This document shows positions 58,446-64,000 of a stretch of 64,000 nucleotides of DNA, in pieces. Each line of letters opens with the position of its first letter. The first letter of the stretch is position 1. The DNA comes from an uncultured Clostridia bacterium. GTDB taxonomy: Bacteria > Bacillota > Clostridia > TANB77 > UBA1234. The position numbers were made by a program, and so were the translations under genes. Where the stretch lies: assembly GCA_934132775.1 (NCBI GenBank), contig CAKPAA010000005.1, positions 11,839-75,838 of the forward strand, written 5' to 3'. A model generated the notes under the pieces. The model made no database searches. It was given only the letters and a program-made list of their open reading frames with translations, and was not told the origin of the DNA.

Positions 58446-59102
58446 CTACCTTGCAAGCATAACTAACTTTTTAACTACTGCGTTACTATTAGTTTCTCTC
58501 ACATACTTTAATATTTTTTCAAAATTCAGATTATTTTCTTGAATAAAATCATATATTATTTCATCAATGTTATCAACTTCTATATTTATGTTGTCTTTAT
58601 TTTCTATTAAATCAATCAATTGCAAATACTTATAATTTTCAGTATTTACTGTTACTTTTGGCTTTCTTATTGTTACATTCAAATATTTATTAGTGTACTT
58701 GTTATTGTTTTTGCACTCATTTGTAACTATATCAATGACATTAGGAACTTGTGTCGTTAAACCAACTTTATTAAATAAAGCAGCACCAGTTACATATCCT
58801 TTTACACTTTCAAGGCTATCAATTAAATATTTTCGCTGAATTATTTTGCTATTTGCAAGTGGCATTTCTCCAAAAATATTAAACTTAGGAATGTAATAAA
58901 TGCCTTTATATGCCATTTTTATTACATTTTCTTTATTTAATCTATTTAATATTTCTTTTATATTATTAAATATTTTTTCTTTTTCTTCCTCATTATAAAA
59001 TTGCATAACATATTTTTGTATATCTTCTATAAATATTGGCTCATTTTTCTCACAATTTTGTACATAACTCAAAACTATATCACGGCAATTCATTTTCTTC
59101 AC
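58446..59102 (-). CDS. AbiEi/DUF6088-like type IV antitoxin-family transcriptional regulator
   Basis: N-terminal wHTH-like region ending in 'KGIYYIPK', then 'GYVTGAALFNKVGLTTQVPNVIDIVTN'. This follows the G.Y...... / G..ALN..GLT.Q.P pattern of AbiEi antitoxins. Motif-level inference only. Confidence 0.45.
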   Translation of the reverse strand: MKKMNCRDIVLSYVQNCEKNEPIFIEDIQKYVMQFYNEEEKEKIFNNIKEILNRLNKENVIKMAYKGIYYIPKFNIFGEMPLANSKIIQRKYLIDSLESVKGYVTGAALFNKVGLTTQVPNVIDIVTNECKNNNKYTNKYLNVTIRKPKVTVNTENYKYLQLIDLIENKDNINIEVDNIDEIIYDFIQENNLNFEKILKYVRETNSNAVVKKLVMLAR

Positions 59103-59229
59103 CTCCTTGTTACCATTTTGTGATTATTATATGCTTATATTCATATTATAGTAACATTTTAGCATTTTTATTTATTTTTGTCAAACATAAATGATTATGC
59201 ACTCTACATAAGAAAGCTGAAAAACGCAC

Positions 59230-59260
59230 AAAAAAGAGCTACTCGTTTAAGAGTAACTCT
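59230..59260 (-). terminator. Intrinsic terminator of ppdK
   Basis: 10-bp stem with 1 mismatch (59235-59244 with 59251-59260). A U6 run follows on the minus strand. Confidence 0.6.
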
Positions 59261-59285
59261 TTGTATTAGCTAGTTATTTATCTAA

Positions 59286-61916
59286 CTATTTTGCTCTTGG
59301 ATATTTAATTTGAGCTTGAGCAGCTGCAAGTCTAGCTACTGGAACTCTAAATGGTGAGCAAGATACATAAGTTAAACCAGCTCTGTGACAGAACTCAACA
59401 GAAGAAGGATCTCCACCGTGTTCTCCGCAAATACCTAATTTAATATCAGGTCTTGTCTTTTTACCAAGTTCAACAGCCATTTTAACTAATTTACCAACAC
59501 CAACTTGGTCTAGTTTAGCAAATGGGTCGTTTTCATATATCTTCTTATCATAGTAAGCACCTAAGAATTTACCAGCATCATCTCTTGAGAAACCAAATGT
59601 CATTTGTGTTAAGTCATTTGTTCCGAATGAGAAGAATTCAGCTTCTTTAGCAATTTCATCAGCTGTTAATGCAGCTCTTGGTATTTCAATCATTGTACCA
59701 ACTTTATACTTCATATCAACACCAGCTTCAGCAATTATCTTATCAGCTGTTGCACATACTACATCTTTAACATATTTTAATTCTTTAACTTCGCCTACAA
59801 GAGGTATCATTATTTCAGGTGTAATCATCTTTCCAATTTTCTTAGAAACATTGATTGCAGCTTTAATAACAGCTTCCGTTTGCATCTCAGCAATTTCTGG
59901 GAATGTAACAGCTAGACGGCATCCTCTGTGTCCCATCATTGGGTTGAATTCGTGAAGACTAGCAATAATTGCTTTGATTTCTTCAACTGTCTTGCCTTGT
60001 GTTTTAGCAAGTAATTCAATATCCTTTTCCTCTGTTGGAACGAACTCGTGTAGAGGAGGATCTAGGAATCTAATTGTTACTTCGTATCCGTCCATTGTTT
60101 CAAATAATTGTTCGAAGTCACTTTGTTGCATTGGCTCTATTTTAGCAAGTGCAGCTTTTCTTTGTTCAACTGTATCTGAACAAATCATTTCTCTAATAGC
60201 AGCTATTCTGTCGCCATCAAAGAACATATGCTCTGTACGACAAAGACCAATACCTTGTGCCCCTAATTCTTTTGCCTTAGCAGCATCTCTTGGAGTATCA
60301 GCATTTGTTCTAACTTCTAGGACTCTGTATTTATCAGCCCAGTTCATTATTCTTTCAAAATCTCCACCAATTGTAGCATCAACTGTTGGAATAATGCCAT
60401 CGTAAATGTTACCTGTTGAACCATCAAGTGAGATTTCATCTCCCTCGTGATATGTTTTACCAGCAAGAGTAAATTTCTTGTTTTCTTCATCCATAACGAT
60501 ATCTCCACAACCAGATACGCAACATTTACCCATACCACGTGCAACAACTGCTGCGTGAGATGTTCTACCACCACGAACTGTTAAGATACCTTGAGCAGCT
60601 TTCATACCTTCGATATCTTCTGGAGATGTTTCAAGACGAACTAAAACAACTTTCTCCCTAGCGCCTTTTACTTTTGCATCTTCAGCTGTGAATACGATTT
60701 TACCACAAGCGGCACCAGGAGAAGCACCTAAAGCTTTACCAATTGGTTTAGCTTCTTTTAATGCCTTAGGGTCAAATTGTGGGTGAAGTAATGTGTCTAA
60801 GTTACGAGGATCAATCATAGCAACTGCTTCTTCCTCTGTTCTCATTCCTTCATCAACTAAGTCACAAGCAATCTTTAATGAAGCTTGAGCTGTTCTCTTA
60901 CCGTTACGTGTTTGTAACATATATAATTTACCGTGTTCAACAGTAAACTCCATATCTTGCATATCTCTGTAATGAGATTCAAGTTTTTGGCAAACATCTT
61001 TGAATTGTTCAAATGCTTCTGGGAATTTGTCAGCCATTTCTGTAATCTTCATTGGTGTACGAACACCAGCAACAACGTCTTCACCTTGTGCATTTGTTAA
61101 GAATTCACCATATAGACCTTTTTCACCAGTAGCTGGATCACGAGTAAATGCAACACCAGTACCACAGTCATCACCCATATTACCGAATGCCATCATTTGA
61201 ACGTTAACAGCAGTTCCCCAAGAATAAGGAATATCGTTATCTCTTCTGTATACGTTTGCTCTTGGATTATCCCAAGATCTGAATACAGCTTTGATAGCTC
61301 CCATCAATTGTTCTGTTGGATCTGTTGGGAAATCAGAACCAATCTTTTCTTTGTACTCAGCTTTGAATTCTTCTGCTAATTCTTTTAAATCATCAGCTGT
61401 AAGTTCAACGTCTTGAGTAACTCCTCTATCAGCTTTCATTTTATCTATAAGTTGTTCGAAGTATTTCTTACCAACTTCCATAACTACGTCTGAATACATT
61501 TGAATAAATCTTCTGTAACAATCCCAAGCCCAACGTGGGTTACCTGATTTTGCTGCAATTGATTCAACAACTTGTTCATTCAAACCTAAGTTAAGAATTG
61601 TATCCATCATTCCTGGCATTGATGCTCTTGCACCACTACGTACAGAAACTAAAAGTGGATTTTCAACATCTCCGAACTTTTTACCTGTAATCTCTTCCAT
61701 TTTTTTGATGTATTCAAAAATTTGTGCTTGAATTTCATCATTGATTTTTCTTCCATCTTCATAATATTGAGTACATGCTTCTGTTGAAATTGTAAAACCT
61801 TGTGGAACTGGTAAGCCAAGCTTTGTCATTTCTGCTAAGTTTGCTCCTTTTCCTCCAAGAAGTTCTCTCATTGAAGCGTCACCTTCACTAAAAAGATAAA
61901 CATACTTTTTACTCAT
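59286..61916 (-). CDS. ppdK: Pyruvate, phosphate dikinase
   Basis: 'GGKGANLAEM', phospho-His 'GGRTSHAAVVARGMGK', 'GICGEHGGDP'. The length of 876 aa fits. Confidence 0.95.
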   Translation of the reverse strand: MSKKYVYLFSEGDASMRELLGGKGANLAEMTKLGLPVPQGFTISTEACTQYYEDGRKINDEIQAQIFEYIKKMEEITGKKFGDVENPLLVSVRSGARASMPGMMDTILNLGLNEQVVESIAAKSGNPRWAWDCYRRFIQMYSDVVMEVGKKYFEQLIDKMKADRGVTQDVELTADDLKELAEEFKAEYKEKIGSDFPTDPTEQLMGAIKAVFRSWDNPRANVYRRDNDIPYSWGTAVNVQMMAFGNMGDDCGTGVAFTRDPATGEKGLYGEFLTNAQGEDVVAGVRTPMKITEMADKFPEAFEQFKDVCQKLESHYRDMQDMEFTVEHGKLYMLQTRNGKRTAQASLKIACDLVDEGMRTEEEAVAMIDPRNLDTLLHPQFDPKALKEAKPIGKALGASPGAACGKIVFTAEDAKVKGAREKVVLVRLETSPEDIEGMKAAQGILTVRGGRTSHAAVVARGMGKCCVSGCGDIVMDEENKKFTLAGKTYHEGDEISLDGSTGNIYDGIIPTVDATIGGDFERIMNWADKYRVLEVRTNADTPRDAAKAKELGAQGIGLCRTEHMFFDGDRIAAIREMICSDTVEQRKAALAKIEPMQQSDFEQLFETMDGYEVTIRFLDPPLHEFVPTEEKDIELLAKTQGKTVEEIKAIIASLHEFNPMMGHRGCRLAVTFPEIAEMQTEAVIKAAINVSKKIGKMITPEIMIPLVGEVKELKYVKDVVCATADKIIAEAGVDMKYKVGTMIEIPRAALTADEIAKEAEFFSFGTNDLTQMTFGFSRDDAGKFLGAYYDKKIYENDPFAKLDQVGVGKLVKMAVELGKKTRPDIKLGICGEHGGDPSSVEFCHRAGLTYVSCSPFRVPVARLAAAQAQIKYPRAK

Positions 61917-62039
61917 TTTATTTCCTCCTTGTTAATTAATTATTGTAATGTAAATTTTGTCCTTAACACTAGAATAATATATACCAGTTTGTCCAAAAAA
62001 TCAACTATTTTAAAGGCTTTATTTTTCGTCATAATTATG

Positions 62040-62068
62040 TTGACTATGCTGGTAAAAGATGTTATACT
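62040..62068 (+). promoter_or_regulatory. Promoter of the small-membrane-protein operon
   Basis: TTGACT (62040-62045), 17 nt, TATACT (62063-62068). A ~135-nt leader follows. Confidence 0.55.
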
Positions 62069-62205
62069 TACTGCGTAGGTAAATCTTTATAATAACTGTC
62101 TTTTATAATTAAAGGAGGTATGTCAATAGCAAATTGGGAAGTTGTTTTCTATGACTCACGACTAGGCACTTAAAGACTAACTAATTTTTAAAGGAGGACA
62201 CCACT

Positions 62206-62292
62206 ATGACAGCAATGGAACTTGCCCCGCTTGCTCTAATCATCTTAGCATTTGTTGTCATCGCCATGATGGTGGCATTCGGCACAAACTGA
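62206..62292 (+). CDS. 28-aa hydrophobic peptide (not in ORF track)
   Basis: AAGGAGG RBS 8 nt before the ATG. Sequence MTAMELAPLALIILAFVVIAMMVAFGTN* is a single TM helix. GC-richer codons than the genome background. Confidence 0.5.
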   Translation: MTAMELAPLALIILAFVVIAMMVAFGTN

Positions 62293-62338
62293 TTTAATGT
62301 TTTAGACGTAAAATTGTTTAGGAGGAATTTAAAAGAAA

Positions 62339-62773
62339 ATGATACCGCTTGTGTTAGTTTCGGCGATTATAATAATTTTGCTCATTACAGCTGCTCAAAC
62401 AATATACCAAAAGAAAAAATTAAATTACACTAACGTTGCACTTAGCATAATTTTTGTAATTTTCTTTTTCACAGCAATTAACACCTATCTATTCAAGCCC
62501 GCAAAATTGAATGAAGCTTCTCTAGCTCTCATAAACGCAGAGCCTTACAGGTTGTCTGACGCTTCTTTTCAATTTTCTCAAAGTGGAAATACATTCAATA
62601 TTCCCACTGAAAAAGTTGGATTTGACGCGATATTCAAGTCAGCCGATTATTCAGAGGCTTACCTTCTGACATTTGAATATAGAAGCACGCTTTGGTACTA
62701 CGCAGGGTTATTTCCTGAAAGAGTAAAGATACTGATTCTCCCTCTTAGTGAAATCTACTCTGATATTATCTAA
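62339..62773 (+). CDS. 144-aa two-TM membrane protein, unknown function
   Basis: AGGAGG RBS (ttaggaggaatttaaaagaaaATG). Two N-terminal TM helices plus a ~85-aa soluble domain. Confidence 0.55.
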   Translation: MIPLVLVSAIIIILLITAAQTIYQKKKLNYTNVALSIIFVIFFFTAINTYLFKPAKLNEASLALINAEPYRLSDASFQFSQSGNTFNIPTEKVGFDAIFKSADYSEAYLLTFEYRSTLWYYAGLFPERVKILILPLSEIYSDII

Positions 62774-62836
62774 ATGTGGCTTATGTAGACCTTTCATAAA
62801 AATTTTCCATCGACTTATTAAGAAAGGATGATAAAT

Positions 62837-63079
62837 ATGGAAAAGAAGAGAACTAACTATTTTGTCATAATTATTGCAAGCGTCATATTCGGGTTAGTGT
62901 TTAATTTTGGCTCGCCCTTTTTTATTGGGTGCTTCTTTGCAGCAATTGCACTTGCAGGTCTGCTATTGGAAGCCAAGGGTAGCAATAACCCCGGTATCTT
63001 CTACTTCGTGGGCATTTGTATTGCCATAATCATTGGGTACTTTGCTTATAGCACGTACGTTCTCCCTCATTTGCCTTAA
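62837..63079 (+). CDS. 80-aa three-TM membrane protein
   Basis: The start MEKKRTNYF lies 9-10 nt after an AAAGGA RBS. The rest of the protein is almost entirely hydrophobic. Confidence 0.5.
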   Translation: MEKKRTNYFVIIIASVIFGLVFNFGSPFFIGCFFAAIALAGLLLEAKGSNNPGIFYFVGICIAIIIGYFAYSTYVLPHLP

Positions 63080-63133
63080 AGGCAAAATTCAGTCTTACTT
63101 TGCTTTTCAAAATTTAAATAAGGAGGAGAAATT

Positions 63134-63316
63134 ATGAATCTGCCATTTTTGATCTTTTGTGCAGTCATTTTTACTGTTATTTGCTACCGTGCTATGAAAG
63201 ATGAACAGTTTTATAAAGAGCATAGTTATATCTTTATGACTGGAGCTGCTTCGGCAGTGGTACTTATGCTTTGGCTATTTATCATTGTCAGAATTATTAC
63301 AGATATTTTGGGCTAA
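63134..63316 (+). CDS. 60-aa two-TM membrane protein
   Basis: AAGGAGGAG RBS (aataaggaggagaaattATG). Helices are LPFLIFCAVIFTVICY and AASAVVLMLWLFIIVRII. Confidence 0.5.
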   Translation: MNLPFLIFCAVIFTVICYRAMKDEQFYKEHSYIFMTGAASAVVLMLWLFIIVRIITDILG

Positions 63317-63331
63317 GAAAGGAGCATCTTT

Positions 63332-63496
63332 ATGTTTCTTCGAATTATTTCCCCATTTATCCTTGGGTGGCTCATTAAAGAAATCGGAGGGTATATCGGT
63401 ATTGCGTTCACCTTTCCAATAATTATCGTTATTGTTGGCATCTACTCTGCTCTACTTATCGCAGTAACTGTGCACAGTATGCGTGACGACTTTTAA
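63332..63496 (+). CDS. 54-aa two-TM membrane protein (not in ORF track)
   Basis: AAAGGAG RBS 7 nt before the ATG. Sequence MFLRIISPFILGWLIKEIGGYIGIAFTFPIIIVIVGIYSALLIAVTVHSMRDDF*. Confidence 0.5.
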   Translation: MFLRIISPFILGWLIKEIGGYIGIAFTFPIIIVIVGIYSALLIAVTVHSMRDDF

Positions 63497-63583
63497 TTTA
63501 AAGAATAGTAAATACTCATACGTAAGTTTTCTGCAATCTGCATTTGGCATATTTGCCATTGCAATTATAGTTTCTTCAACTTT

Positions 63584-63620
63584 AAAAAACGTGTTACCTC
63601 AAAAAAGTAACACGTTTTTT
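63584..63620. terminator. Bidirectional intrinsic terminator
   Basis: 10-bp stem: aacgtgttac (63588-63597) pairs with gtaacacgtt (63607-63616). It is flanked by A6 and T6 runs. It serves both the small-protein operon (+) and the ATP-grasp gene (-). Confidence 0.8.
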
Positions 63621-63621
63621 C

Positions 63622-64000
63622 CTATTTTAGTGCTTTTTCAAACATAGGAAGCACTCCTACATCATTTGGTCCTATTTTTTCAGCCACCTGATAAATATCA
63701 TGACCTGGGAACTGATTTCCCTCTATTAGCACTGGACCGTTTATACTCATTGCTACGTCCCAACCTACGTATCTTACGTGGTTGCTCCTCTTTGCTGCTG
63801 TTTTTACAAGTTCTTTTGCCTCATTCCAATATGGAATTTGAAAGCCTTTTATTGTTGTTCCTGTTAATGGATGTTTTTCAAAAAGTTCTCCTTTTTTGTT
63901 TACAGCTTCTTCGACAATTATTCCTGTTTCTGTGTCAACTTTTGCTGTCATTCCACCACTGTTGAAGTTGTCTACTACTTTTCCGTTTCCTATTCTAACG
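63622..64000 (-). CDS. ATP-grasp enzyme, C-terminal part (sugar-transfer-associated ATP-grasp-like); gene continues beyond the right edge
   Basis: The frame stays open upstream of the track Met (…VRIGNGKVVDNFNSGGMTAKVDTETGII…). 'N..SGG...vD..tG' followed by 'YVGWDVAMSINGPVLIEGN' is typical of the ATP-grasp C-terminal lobe. Confidence 0.5.
   Translation of the reverse strand, partial: VRIGNGKVVDNFNSGGMTAKVDTETGIIVEEAVNKKGELFEKHPLTGTTIKGFQIPYWNEAKELVKTAAKRSNHVRYVGWDVAMSINGPVLIEGNQFPGHDIYQVAEKIGPNDVGVLPMFEKALK

Noticed and set aside
62120-62173. 17-codon leader ORF MSIANWEVVFYDSRLGT in the small-protein operon leader
   Set aside because: The GGAGG element ends only 1 nt before the ATG. That spacing is too short for initiation, so the match is probably fortuitous.

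Overview
Low-GC, Clostridia-like Firmicute chromosome segment; SLH domains, a YtvI-like transporter, a DacB/F-type carboxypeptidase and PPDK fit that placement. Nearly all genes are on the minus strand. I found no rRNA, tRNA or CRISPR array. Left to right:
(1) 1-9.2 kb: a Tad/Epd-like type IV filament locus. It has CpaB-like, two degenerate ParA/TadZ-like, a membrane-anchored CpaF-like ATPase, one very large TadB/C-like platform protein and four pilin-like genes with a non-canonical N-terminus.
(2) nifS.
(3) 11-17 kb: an accessory island of orphan, effector-like proteins. These are a large alpha/beta-hydrolase protein, an LRR + transglutaminase-like protein and small partner ORFs, plus an internally deleted IS transposase remnant.
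(4) A DD-carboxypeptidase.
(5) 18.8-22.8 kb: four tandem paralogous genes made only of helicase-associated (HA) domain repeats, 18 repeats in total, with near-identical DNA blocks and a decaying series of duplicated promoters.
(6) HdeD-like protein and a TetR-MMPL-YhgE/Pip-like operon.
(7) A single visibly GC-richer orphan gene.
(8) hisS and dinB, a 660-nt ORF-free region, and an ECF sigma / DUF4367 anti-sigma / secreted-protein module.
(9) The housekeeping block tgt-queA-typA-rpsA ... plsC-cmk, interrupted by a GC-richer pair of ankyrin-repeat genes with their own consensus promoter and terminator.
(10) An Rpn-type nuclease.
(11) A surface module: SLH protein, a 1826-aa secreted giant protein with N-terminal His/Cys knuckle repeats and MucBP-like repeats, and a prepilin-type protein. 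An unusual ~900-nt leader precedes the prepilin-type gene.
(12) AI-2E/YtvI transporter, CBS protein, and an AbiEi-like antitoxin with a decayed AbiEii toxin.
(13) ppdK.
(14) A divergent operon of five tiny membrane proteins, two of them absent from the ORF track.
(15) A truncated ATP-grasp gene at the right edge.
All functional calls come from motif-level reading of the translations. No database search was possible.
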